A DNA stretch of 64,000 bases from Squalus acanthias. Taxonomy: Eukaryota. Location: NCBI GenBank assembly GCA_030390025.1, contig JASTWF010000340.1, positions 62,001 through 126,000 of the forward strand. The letters run 5' to 3'. The position numbers were made by a program, and so were the translations under genes. Position 1 is the first letter of the stretch. Every line of letters starts with the position of its first letter. Positions 1-11,415 of this stretch are shown here, piece by piece. The notes beneath the pieces are model-generated. The model was not told the DNA's origin. It saw nothing but the letters and a program-made list of their open reading frames with translations, and did no database searches.

Positions 1-104
1 AACTGAATGATTAGCGGATATTTCAGGCATTTAAAGATGTGGATGTGATCTGCCACAATTTGTTCCTGTGACTCTGTAAGTAACCATACCGAGCATTAGG
101 TGAA

Positions 105-245
105 AACAAAAGCAAATAACTGCGGATACTGGAAATCTGAAATGAAAACAGAAAATGGTGGAAATACTCAGCGGGTCAGACAGCATCTGTGGAGAGAGAG
201 AGAAACAGAGTTAACATTTCAGGTCGATGGCCTTTCGCCATTAGG
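105..245 (-). mobile_element. Penelope-like element terminal-repeat fragment with degenerate hammerhead core
   Basis: Reverse complement closely matches 2640-2735 (gacctgaaa[c/t]gttaactctgtttctctctc...gatgctg[t/c]ctgacc[c/t]gctgagt[a/g]tttcca). The core CTGATGA is degraded to ATGGCGA. Confidence 0.6.
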
Positions 246-461
246 TGAAAAGTCTCCTAAACCAAGACAGCATTCTTCTGACCTGATACAAATGTTCAGT
301 GTCGGTAGCAGACTGATATTGGTTAAATAAAGTGTCACTTCCAATAAATTTACTTGAGTTGAACATTTGAATCTTGGTAAAACGAAATCACCTTCAGAAT
401 CAATAGCTGACAGTAGCGCGGATGGGATGGGGAACGACAAAGACAGAAACACAGATAATCA

Positions 462-2100
462 TGGGGGAAAATTGGTTGATTAGCACCTCCCCTGAGCACC
501 TTCGGGGGTGGGGAAGGGGTAACGGGGCGATTGGAGCTTAGCGTACGAGCGCGGCTATTTTAGGGCCGCTCACGAAATTGACCAGCCATTTTGCGCTGGC
601 ACTAAACACTGCCGCCACGATCTCCTGCGCCGACAAATCGTGACATCAGTCGAGTTTGCAATGCCCTGGTAGCGTCCCGGACTGAAAATTGAGTCGCGTC
701 CCCTGCCTTAGCGCCTGCCGCTAGGAACGCCACATAGATGGGGAATGTTTTCAAGTCGGGAATGGGCTGGGGAAGCGCTATTTAAAGGCGGTTGCCTCCT
801 GCCGTTTCTTGTCAGCAACATTTTTGTTAGATGCAGGTTGAGAGGCGTCTGGAGAGATTCGACGCTGACCGAAGGAGTTTTGGGTCCTGAGCACCAATTT
901 GGAGGTTCATTTTTATTTCACCTTCTAACGATATTTAGAAGCTTCGATAGGGGCTTCACTAACTTGGGGCGTGTTCGTCGTCCAGCTTCACCTTTGGAGA
1001 CAGCAGGGGCGGAGAGAGAGAGTGGCAAACGCGACCAGAGGGAGGAGGGCCATCATGAGACCTTACGCTCCCAGGGTATTCAGGGAGCAATTCTCCTCCT
1101 ATATCCATTTGTCTGAGGAGCAGTGTTTCCAATGGCTGCGCTTCAGCAAGGAGGTGGTCACTGAGCTCTGCCACCTCCTGCAACCAGATCTGCAGCCTCA
1201 GCTCAGGACCAGGACGTCTCTGTCGATGGCAGTGAAGGTGACAGTGGCTCTGAATTTCTAAGTCAGCGGTTCCTTTCAGGCTTCTACTGGGGACATAGTG
1301 AATATCTCCCAGTTCGCTGTTCATGTTGCATCTGAGTGTGACAAAGGCTTTGTATAAGAGGAGACGCCAGTACATCTCTTCCCATGACCCAGGACAAACA
1401 GCGCGAACACGCATGTGGCTTTACGAGAATAGCGGGCTTCCCCATGGTTCAGAGTTACTTTCACTGCATGCATGTGGCATTTTGGGAATCTCATCAGAAT
1501 GTAGAGGTGTTCCGAAACCACAAGGGCTTCCACTCTTTGAATGTCCAGTTGCTCTGTGACCACAGACAGCTCATACTCGCCGTCAATGCCCGCCATCATG
1601 GCAGCAGCGACAACACTTTTATCCTGCGCCAAACCTCTTCCTACCATCGTGTCAACCTAGTGGATGGCACCTCGGGGACAAGGGTTATCCACTCTGCACC
1701 TGGCTGATGACACCGCTGCCTAACCCCAACACCCCTGCCGAGTGGCAATACAATGAGAGCCATAGTGCCAACAGAAATCTCATAGAGCAGACGGTCGGCA
1801 TCTTCCAACAACGGTTCCGGTGTCTGGACCACTCAGGAAGAGCCCTGCAGTAATCTCCCGAGCGATTTTCCCTCTTCATTGTTGTGTCCTACATGCTTCA
1901 TAACATGGCAATCATGAGGAACCAGCCATTGCCACCAGGGATTGCTGCACCACCTGAGGAGGAGGAGGAAGAGCGAGAGGAGGAGGAGGAGGAGAATCAG
2001 CAGCACCAAAGTGGGAGGGAGGCGCACAATGTTGCCACTGCAAAGGCCGTCCGTAAGTGGCTCATAAGACACTGATTCTAACCCCTTACTGAGAAGATGG
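462..2100 (+). mobile_element. Decayed PIF/Harbinger DNA transposon (HARBI1-type DDE transposase pseudo-ORF, ~964-2075)
   Basis: Frameshifted and stop-interrupted pieces: LRFSKEVVTELCHLLQPDL...VKVTVALNF*, AGFPMVQ...HVA...[35 protein letters not shown]...IEQTVGI...RFRCLD.SG.ALQ*, MLHNMAIMR and an acidic tail. This is the typical Harbinger nuclease layout. Element ends are not confirmed. Confidence 0.85.
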
Positions 2101-2117
2101 CCTCTGGGATGAAGAAG

Positions 2118-2532
2118 CACATAGAAACATAGAAACATAGAAGATAGGAGCAGGAGTAGGCCATTCGGTCCCTCGAGCCTGCTCCGCCATTCAATGAGAT
2201 CATGGCTGATCATCCAAATTCAGTACCCTGTCCCTGCTTTCTCCCCATATCCCTTGGTCCCCTTAGCCTTAAGAAATATATCTATCTCCTTCTTGAATAT
2301 ATTTAATGGATTGGCCTCAACTGTCTTCTGTGGTAGAGAATTCCACAGGTTCACCACTCTCTGGGTGAAGAAATTCCTCCTCTCCTTCCTGTCCTAACTG
2401 GCTTTCCCCTTATCCTTAGACTGTGACGCCTGGTTCTGGACTCCCCCGCCATCGGGAACATCCTTCCTGCATCTGGTCTGTCTAGTCCTGTTAGAATTTT
2501 ATAAGTTTCAATGAGATCCCCTCTCATTCTCC
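2118..2532 (-). mobile_element. CR1 LINE 3' end fragment
   Basis: Minus-strand RRMRGDLIETYKILTGLDR.DAGRMFP...ESRTR.HSLRIRG peptide, followed by a (catagaaa)n tail on the plus strand at 2119-2142. Confidence 0.9.
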
Positions 2533-2535
2533 TGC

Positions 2536-2735
2536 CTTCCACCCTATCACAGAAATTCCTTTTGTTATTTCCTCCCCTCCCCCCTTTCCCTGCCCCTGAA
2601 CCTGCTTACAATCTGTTACATCTCTAAATTTTTCCAGTTCAGATGAAGGGTCACAGACCTGAAACGTTAACTCTGTTTCTCTCTCCGCGGATGCTGCCTG
2701 ACCTGCTGAGTGTTTCCAGTATTTTCTGTTTCTAT
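2536..2735 (+). mobile_element. Penelope-like element 3'/terminal-repeat fragment
   Basis: C-rich lead-in, a hammerhead-like core at 2636-2672, and a tail shared in inverted orientation with 105-245. Confidence 0.6.
2636..2672 (+). ncRNA. Minimal type I hammerhead ribozyme motif with one core mutation
   Basis: AGTT-CAGATGA-A-GGGTC-ACA-GACCT-GAAA-CG-TT-AACT. Stem I is AGTT/AACT, stem II is GGGTC/GACCT, and a palindromic AACGTT occupies the stem III position. The core reads CAGATGA instead of CTGATGA. Confidence 0.6.
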
Positions 2736-2859
2736 CTTAGACCTTCTTGGATTCTCCGTTAGTCTGAACCCACATAATACCGTACTATTTCATACTCTAC
2801 TGCTATCTGTCTCTCCCCATCTTTTGTGCACCTTGTTCTCCGTTCTAATGCCACATCCT

Positions 2860-3830
2860 GGTGCCCAGCCCCCTGGCAGATTAGTTTAAATGCTCCCCAA
2901 CAGCACTAGCAACCACCCCCGCCCGCACCTCGTGAGTATATTGGTTCCAGCTCAGTTGAGGTGCAACCCGACCGGCCTTTTCAGGTCCCACCTCCCCCAG
3001 AACCGGCCCCAATGTCCCAGGAATCTAAAGCCCTCCCTCCTGCACCATATCACCAGCCATACATTTAATTGTTCTATCCTCCTATTTCTATATTCACTAG
3101 CTCGTGGCACCAGGAGTAATCTGGAGATTACTACCTTCGAGGTCCTGCTTTATAATCTCTTTCCTAGCTCCCTATTATCTGCCTACAGGATCACATCCCT
3201 CTCTCTACCTATGTCGATGTTGCCAATATGGACCACGACCTCCGTCTGTTCACCATCACCCCTCAGAATGTCCAGCAGCCATTCAGTGACATCCTTGACC
3301 CTGGCACCAGGGAGGCAACATATCATTCTGGAGTCACGTCTGTGGCTGGAGAAACACCTGTCTGTTCCTTTAACTATCGAATCTCCTATCACTATTGCTT
3401 TCCCGATCTTCCTGCCCCACACCCCCCCCCCCCCTCGCCCCACCCTACAGCTCAGCCACCAGTGTTGCCATGGACTTGGCTCTGGCTGTACTCCCCAGAG
3501 GAACCATCCAATACTGGTTCGAGAGTGAGATGCACTCATGGGGCTCCTGCACTAAATGCGTGGTTCTGCTTGTCTGTCTGACGGTCACACATTCCCTCTC
3601 TGCCTGCACACTCTTATGCTGCGGGGTGACCACCTCCTGAAACCTGCTATCCACGGAGCTCTCAGCCTCACGGATGCACCGCAGTGACGCCAGCTGCTGC
3701 TCAAGCTCCGAAACCCGTGGGAAGTGTCCTGGAGTTCCCACATGGCACAAGGTGTGCATTCCACGGCACCGAGGTCCCCTGCCATGCCTCTATTTAATAG
3801 ACTACCAACTAATTTAACGGAATTAAACTC
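2860..3830 (-). mobile_element. CR1 LINE 5' part: ORF1 (Cys motif, coiled coil, SGNH esterase-like domain), disrupted
   Basis: MAGDLGAVECTPCAMWE, RVSELEQQLASLRCIREAES, AIVIGDSIVKGTDRCF...ICCLPGARVKDV...VVVHIG. Paralogous to 6876-7850. Confidence 0.9.
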
Positions 3831-4184
3831 ATGACTTCAAAAAAAAACAATCAACATGCTATTTTTTCTTTGCAGCGTCTTCCCTTGTGCTGATGTCACT
3901 TACCTCACTCCCTTACACTCGCTCCCAGCTCCGGGTTCTCTGGCCTACCTTTATCTCCGGCCGCTCCTCTCGCTCTCCCCTTCTTCCCCCTCTGCCCCTA
4001 ATTCCCAAGCTTTCCAAATTCACAACCTTAGTAATCTGTTTAGATCACTGACAAAATGGATTTCCCGACACCAGATCTCTGATTTATTCCATACCAGGCC
4101 ATCAGGATTAAAGAAATAATAAATAAATGGTTTTAAATGGCGGGATCTGAGAGAATATCCCAGTGATGGAACGATGGGACTCGA

Positions 4185-4690
4185 CTAGATTACACTGCTC
4201 GTCCCTCAGTCCAGGAATTTCATTCCCAGGACCAACTAGATTACACTGCTCCCACCTCAATCCAGGAATTTCATTCCCGGGACAGCCTAGATTACACTGC
4301 TCCCACCTCAATCCAGGAATTTAATTCCCTGGACAGCCTAGATTACACTGCTCCAGCCTCAATCCAGGAATGTCATTCCCAGGGCTGCCTAGATTACACT
4401 GCTCCAGCCTCAATCCAGGAATGTCATTCCCAGGGCTGCCTAGATTACACTGCTCCCGCCTCAATCCAGGAATGTCATTCCGAGGCACAGCCTATATTAC
4501 ACTGCTCCCACCTCAGTCCAGGAATTTCATTCCCAGAGCCATCTAGTTTACACTGCTCCTGCCTCAATCCAGGAATTTCATTCCCAAGGCCGCCTAGATT
4601 ACACTGCACCTGCCTCAATGCAGGAATTTCATTACCAGGGCCGCCTAGATTACACTGCTCCCGACTCAATCGAGGAATTTCATTCTCAGT
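4185..4690. repeat. 51 bp minisatellite, ~10 copies
   Basis: Unit tagattacactgctcccacctcaatccaggaatttcattcccgggacagcc repeated head-to-tail. Confidence 0.95.
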
Positions 4691-5224
4691 TCATTTCTCT
4701 ATTGCCTGAAAATAGAACAAGAACAAGAAGAAGAGTAACCTTACCCAGACAAACATGTCATCGTGTTTGACCGAGGGGAAGAATAATTAAAAGGAGCAAA
4801 GGATTAAAACGAAGGGATCAAAGGAAAACACTTAAAATATTAACCAATGTGATAAATACCCTGTAAGCACCTCAATACTCCAGGAAACTCTCTGGAAACA
4901 TTAAATTCTCGCATAATCATACTCACAGAACCATAACTATCAGTCAACATTCCCAAACCCTCCATCACCATTCCAGGGTCTGCACAGACCCACCAGAGGT
5001 GGGGACACAGGGGTATACAATCGGGAGGGAGAAACCCTGTGAGTCCTCAACATTGCCTGAGGATATAATGAAGTCTGATGGCTTCCAGTCAGACATGGGC
5101 AAGGTAACTTCCTGCCGATTACCACCTACCGCCCTCCCTCAGCTGATGAATCGGCACATCGTCATGCTGAACACCAGTTGATGGGAGCACCGAGAGCAGA
5201 AAAGGCGCAAATTATACACTGGGT

Positions 5225-5545
5225 TGGGAGGAGGAAACTTCAATGTCCATCACCAAGAGTGGCTCGGAAGTATCATCATTAACCGAGCCCTGAAGAACAT
5301 AGCTGCCAGACTGGGATTGCGGCAGGTGGTGGGAGACCCAAGATGAGAGAATAGCCTGCTTGACAACGTCCTCACCAACCTATCTATCGCATATGCATCT
5401 GTCCATGGCGATATTGGTAGGACTGACCGCTGAACAATATTTGTGGAGAATAAGTCTCACCTTCACCCTGAGGCCACCCTCCATCATATCATGTGCATCT
5501 ACCATGGTGATCAATGGAATGAAATTCGACAGAGTCAAGCGATCC
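5225..5545 (+). mobile_element. Non-LTR retrotransposon (CR1/L2 group) endonuclease-domain fragment
   Basis: Degraded (G)NFNVHHQEWLG...LGLRQVV...LLDNVLTN...IGRTD segment, resembling the C-terminal half of an APE endonuclease. Confidence 0.6.
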
Positions 5546-5677
5546 TAACACATCAAATTATTTCAAAGCTTTCATATCCTGTTGCGAATGGTAATGAACA
5601 ATTGAGCCGCTTCCCCATAGCCCTGAAAATTTATCCTTTTCAAGTTTGCATCCAATTACCTTTTGGAAATTACTGTT

Positions 5678-6012
5678 AAGAAAGGATGAAAAAATGGAAT
5701 TGATATAGCGCTATTCGCGATCTTGGGATGTCCCAAAGCGCTTTCAAGCCAATGACGTCCTTCCTTTTGAAGTGAAGTCACTGTTGTACTGTAGAAAATG
5801 TGGCAGCCAATTTGAGCACAGCAAGCTCCCACAAACAGCAACGTGGTAATGAACAGATAATATGCTTTAGTGAAGTTGATTGAGATAAATATTGTCCAGA
5901 ACAACGGGGTTAACTCTGCTGCTCTTCTTCAATGTAATTCCATGGGATCATTTACATCCAACTTATAGAACGGACACGTTTAACGTCTCATCTGAGACAT
6001 GGCACCGCTGAC
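5678..6012 (-). mobile_element. Deu-domain SINE (SacSINE1/AmnSINE-like) 3' portion with L2-type tail
   Basis: Recognised from memory: gcacagcaagctcccacaaacagca...ccatgggatc.tttacatcca...gtttaacgtctcatc. The minus-strand tail aagcgctttgggac...gcgctatat resembles the L2 tail at 20090-20140. Confidence 0.65.
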
Positions 6013-6612
6013 AGTACTGCCCCTCTGACAGTGCAGCGCTCCCTCAGTACTGCCCCTCTGACAGTGCAGTGCTCCCTCAGTACTGCCCCTCTGACAGTGC
6101 AGTGTTCCCTCAGTACTACCCCTCTGACAGTGCAGCGCTCCCTCAGTACTGCCCTTCTGACAGTGCAGTGCTCCCTCAGTACTGCCCCTCTGACAGTGCA
6201 GTGCTCCCTCAGTACTGCCCTTCTGACAGTGCAGTGCTCCCTCAGTACTGCCCCTCTGACAGTGCAGTGCTCCCTCAGTACTGCCCTTCTGACAGTGCAG
6301 TGCTCCCTCAGTACTGCCCCTCTGACAGTGCAGTGCTCGCTCAGTACCGCCCCTCTGACAGTGCAGTGCTCCCTCAGTACTGCCCCTCTGACAGTGCAGT
6401 GCTCCCTCAGTACTGCCCCTCTGACAGTGGAGTGCTCCCTCAGTACTGCCCCACTGACAGTGCAGTGCTCTCTCAGTACTGCCCCTCCGACAGTGCGGTG
6501 CTCCCTCAGTAATGCCCCTCTGACAGTGCAGTGCTCCCTCAGTACTGTCCCTCTGACACAGATGCACTCCCTCAGTACTGACCCTCCAACAATGCAGCAC
6601 TCCCTCAGTACT
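6011..6612. repeat. 33 bp minisatellite, ~18 copies, expanded from inside the SINE
   Basis: Unit cagtactgcccctctgacagtgcagtgctccct, contiguous with the SINE body. Confidence 0.95.
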
Positions 6613-6619
6613 GGCTTGA

Positions 6620-9600
6620 GTTCAGTTTGTCATGGAGTGCAGCTTGGAACCGAGTGTTAAGCTGCGAGTCTGGTGAGTGAGGGAGTTCAGGGAGGGATGT
6701 TTTCCTTTCTTTTTCTGTCTTTGTCAGCTTCCAAGAGCTGGTCAGTATTTCTGCAGTCCAAACGTTAAAGTAAAAGTAAGGTCTCGAGTTTAGAGCAAGT
6801 AGTGTTTACAGGGAAGTAAGGTACCTGGTGTATTTAATATTCTTTAATTTAATGGGAGTAAATTAAGGGTAGGACATGGCAGGGCAGCTCGGCAGCGTGG
6901 AATGCTCCTCCTGTGCTATGTTGGAAGTCAGGGACACTTTAGGTGTCCAGGGCGAACACATGTGCAGGAAGTGTCTCCAGCTGCAGCTACTCGAAATCCG
7001 CGTTTCGGAGTAGGATCTGCGACTGGAGTCAATATGGAGCATCCGCGAAGCTGAGACATTCGTGGATAGAACGTTTAACGAGGTGGTAACACCGCAGGTA
7101 AAAAGTGCACAGGCAAACAGGAAATGGATGACCGCCACACAGTGTAAAAGAACTAGTAAGGCAGTGCAGGAGTCCCCTGGGTCCATCTACCTCTTCAACA
7201 GATTTTCCGTTTCGGATACTGATGGGGGAGATGGATTCTCAGGGGAATGCAGCAAGACCAATTCCGTGGCACTACGAGTGGCTCAGCACCACAGGAGGGG
7301 GTGAAAAGAGTGGGAGAGCAATAGTGATTGGGGATTCTATCGTAAGGGGAACAGATAGATGTTTCTGTCGCCGCAGACGGGACTCCAGGATGGTAAGTTG
7401 CCTGCCTGGTGCCAGGTTCAAGGATTTCACTGAATGGCTGCAGGGTATTCTGAAGGCGGATGGCGAACTGTCAGAGGTCGTAATCCACATTGGTATCAAC
7501 AACATGGGTAGAAAGAGGGATGAAGTCCTGCAACAAGAATTTAGGGAGCTAGGTAGCAGATTAAAAAGCAGGACCTCAAAGGTTGTAATCTCTGTTTTAC
7601 TCCCGTTGCCACGTGCTAGTGAGTATAGGAATAGGAGAATAGAGCAGATGAATGCGTGGCTAAAGAGTTGGTGCAGGAGGGAGGGCTTTAGTATCCTGGA
7701 TCACTGGGTCTTCTTCTGGGGAAGTTGGGAACTGCACAAGTCGGACAGAAATAACCTGAACCGGAACGGGACCAACATTCTAACATTCTTGTGGGGAGAT
7801 TTGCTAATACTGTTCGGGGGGCGGGAGGGGGGGGGGTCGGGGGGGTTAATCTAACTTGGCAGGGGGATGGGATACGGAGTGGAGCTATAGTCGGGAGTGA
7901 TGAACAACCAAATATACAGGAAAAAAATAATCAGCCTGGAAGGCAGAGCAAATATGTAACGGCACAAGGGGTTATGGCAAGGCTAGATGGCATTTATTTT
8001 AATGCAATGAGTCTTGCGAGTAAGGCAGATGAATTGAAGGTGTTGATGAACACATGGGAGTATGATATTGTTGCTATCACAGAGACATGGTGGAGGGAGG
8101 GGCAGGAAAGGCAGCTCAATTTTCCGGGATATAGATTCTTCAGGCGAGACAGAGGAGGGTGTAAAAGAGGAGGGGTGTCGTAATATTAATCAAGGAGTCA
8201 ATTACTGCTGTAAGCAGGGATGATATCTTAGCAGGTTCCTCTAATGAGGCCATATGGGTAGAACTTAACAACAAAAGGTGAGCAAGCACTTTGCTGGGAG
8301 TTTACTATAGGGCCCCAAACAGTCAGGGAGAGATAGACGAACATATATGTAGGCAAATCTCAGAGAAGTGTCAAAATAATAGGGTAATAATAGTAGGGGA
8401 TTTCAACTTCCCCAATATCAACTGGGATAGTGAGAGTGTGAAAGGCTTAGAGGGTGCGGAATTCTTAAAGTGCATCCAGAAAAGCGTTTTGAGCCAGCAT
8501 GTAGAAAGTCCTACCAGACAGGGGGTGGTTCTGGACCTAATTCTAGGGAATGCAGCTGCGCAAGCGGTGGAAGTGTCAGTAGGAGAGCATTTTGGTGACA
8601 GTGACCATAATTCGGTGAGATTTAAGGTAGTCGTGGAAAAGGACAATGATGGACCGGAAATAAAGTTTCTAAATTGGGGAAATGCCGAATTTAATATGAT
8701 AAGGCTGGATCTGGCCAAAGCGGAGTGGATCAGCTATTTGTAGGAAAATCCACATCAGAGCAGTGGGAGTCTTTCAGAAAGGAAATAGAGAGTGTACAAT
8801 GCCAACATGTTCCCATAAAGGTCAAGGGTGGGACCAACAAGCCCAGAGAACACTCGATGTCAAGGGACATGCAAGAATGGATTAAGAAAAAAAGGGAGGC
8901 TTTTGACAGATACAAAGGACTAAAAACAGTGGAAGTACCAGAGGAGTACAGAAAGTGCAGGGGGGCATTTTAAACGAAATTAGGAGAGCGAAGAGGGGGC
9001 ATGAAAAAAACACTGGTGGGCAGAAAAAAGGAAAATCCCAAGGTATTTTATAAGTATATCAAGGGCAAGAGGAAAACCATGGAAAGAGTAGGGCCCATTG
9101 GGGACCAAAGTGGCAATCTGTGTGTAGAGCCGGAGATGTGGGTGTGGTTTCAAATGAATATTTTGCAGCTATGTTCACTATGGAGAAGGATGATGTAGGC
9201 ATAGAAATCAGGCAGGGGGATTGTGATAAACTTGAACAAATTAGTATTGAGAGGGAGGACGTACTAGCAGTTTTAGTGGGTATAAAAGTGGATAAATCCC
9301 CAGGCCCAGACGAGATGTATCCCAGGCTGCTGTGTGAGGCAAGGGAGGAGATTGCAGGGGCTGTGACACAAATTTTCAGAACCTCTCTGGTCACAGGGGA
9401 GGTGCCAGATGACTGGAGAACAGCTAACGTAGTACCATTATTCAACAAGAGTAGTAGGGATAAACCAGGGAATAACAGGCCAGTGAGCCTAACATCAGTG
9501 GTAGGGAAATTATTGGAAAAAATTATGAGGGACAGAATTAGTCTACACTTGGAGAGGCAAGGATTAATCAAGGATGGTCAGCATGGCTTTGTAAGGGGGA

Positions 9601-10862
9601 TATCAGTTCTAACCAATTTGATTGAATTTTTCGAGGGGGTGACTCGGTGTGTGGATGAGAGTAGTGCAGTTGATGCCGTCTACATGGACTTCAGTAAGGC
9701 TTTTGACAATGTCCCACATGGGAGACTGGTCAAGAAGGTAAGAGCCCATGGGATCCAGGGCAATTTGGCACATTGGATCCAAAATTTGTTTCGTGGCAGG
9801 AGGCAGAGGGTGATGGTCGAAGGTTGTTTTTGTGACTTGAAGCCTATGACCATTGGTGTACCGCAGGGATCGGTGCTGGGTCCTTTGCTGTTTGTAGTGT
9901 ACAATAATGATTTAGATATGAATGTAGGAGGTATGATCAGTAAGTTCGCAGATTACACGAAATTGGTGGAGTGGTAAATAGTGAGGAGTGAAGCCTCAGA
10001 CTACAGGACGATATAGACGGGTTGGTTAGATGGGCAGAACAGTGACAAATGGAATTTAGCCCTGAAAAGTGTGAGGTGATGCATTTTGGGAGGAATAACA
10101 AGGCAAGGGGATAAACATTGAACGGTAAGACCCTAGAAAGGACAGAGGATCAGAGGGACCTTGGTGTACATGTACATAGATCCCTGAAGGCAGCAGGACA
10201 GGTAGATAAGGTGGTTAAAAAGACATATGGGATACCTGCCTTCATAGAATATAAGTGCAGGTTGGTTGTGTTGGAGACGTACAAAATGCTAGTTAGGCCA
10301 CAGCTGGAATACTGTGTGCAGTTCTGGTCGCCACACTATAGGAAGGATGTGATTGCATTGGAGATGGTGCAGAGGAGTTTCACCAGGATGTTACCTGGGC
10401 TGGAGCGCTGCAGCTATGAAGAGAGACTGGACAGGCTGGGGTTGTTTTCCTTAGAGCAGAGAAGGCTGAGGGGGGACCTGATTGAGGTGTACACAATTAT
10501 GATGGGCATAGATAGGGCAGATAGAAAGAAATGTTCCCCTTAGTAGAGGGGTCAATAACCAGGGCGCATAGTTTCAAGGTAAGGGACAGGAGGTTTAGAG
10601 GGGATTTGAGGAAAATCTTTTTCATCCAGAGTGTGGTTGGAATCTGGAACTCACTTCCTGAAACGGCGGTAGAGGCAGGAACCTTCACAGCATTCAAGAA
10701 GCATTGAGATGAGCACTTGAAATGCTATAGCATACAAGGCTACGGACCAAGTGCTGGAAAATGGGAATAGAATAGATAGGGCTTGATGGCCGGCGCGGAC
10801 ACAATGGGCGGAAGGACCTCTTTCTGTGCTGTATAACTATGACTATCGATGACTCTATGACA
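6620..10862 (+). mobile_element. Near full-length but inactivated CR1 LINE (ORF1 from ATG 6876; ORF2 APE+RT ~7970-10740; 3' tail)
   Basis: ORF1 C-x2-C motif and GDSIVRG esterase; endonuclease YFNAMSL, AITETW, GVYYR.P, VGDFNFP, SDHN; RT KSPGPD, YMDFSKAFD, GVPQGSVLGP, KFADYT; (gactctat)-like tail at 10835-10860. Many stops and frameshifts. Confidence 0.95.
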
Positions 10863-10864
10863 GC

Positions 10865-11415
10865 GCATGGTTTCAAAGTTTGAAAATGACAAAACTCGGA
10901 AATGTTAATAAACAGTGAGAATGATGGTAACAGACTTCAGGAGGACGCAGACAGACTTGTGAAATGGGCAGACACATGGCAGATACAATTCAACACAGAG
11001 AAGGGTGAAGTGATACATGTTGGTAGGAAGAATGAGCAGAGGTAATATAAACTAAACGGTACAATTTCAAAGCGGGTGCATGATCAGAGAGATCTGGTGT
11101 GTACTTACACAAATCATTGACGTTGACAGGACAAGTAGCGATGGCTGTTAATAAAGCATACGGAGTCCTTGGCTTTACAAAGAGAGACATAGAGTAACAA
11201 AATCCAGGTAGAAATGACAACCTATTAAAAATCATTGGTTAGACCCCAGCTGGAGTATTGTGTCCAATTCTGAGCACCACACTTTGGCAAGCATGTCAAG
11301 GATTAGAGAAGGTGTACCGGAGAGTTACCAGAATGGTACCAGGGATCTGGGACTTCAATTACGTGGAGAGTCAGGAGAAGCTGGGATTGTTCATTTTAGA
11401 GCAGCGAAGGTTAAG
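10865..11415 (+). mobile_element. CR1 RT C-terminal fragment (5' half of an element that resumes at 14166)
   Basis: Degraded RLQED.D...WQIQFN.EK...RPQLEYCVQF sequence that breaks at gcagcgaaggttaag. Confidence 0.8.

Noticed and set aside
1..30. Minus-strand ...tcattcag|TT at positions 10-1 as the acceptor of GPCR exon 2 (G|TT would give Val)
   Set aside because: Only two exon bases would be in the window and the polypyrimidine tract is weak. It cannot be told from chance without flanking sequence.
964..2075. Domesticated HARBI1 gene
   Set aside because: No ATG at the expected start, in-frame stops (1259, ~1851), several frameshifts and degraded catalytic motifs; this is a decayed transposon copy.
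105..2735. Inverted pair 105-245 / 2640-2735 as terminal inverted repeats of a composite element around the Harbinger
   Set aside because: Both are copies of a dispersed Penelope-type repeat with different truncation points and divergence; no target-site duplication is visible.
5980..6660. Cys/His-rich repeat ORFs (ALHCQRGSTEG) resembling a metal-binding protein
   Set aside because: They come from the 33 bp minisatellite, which is open in several frames on both strands.
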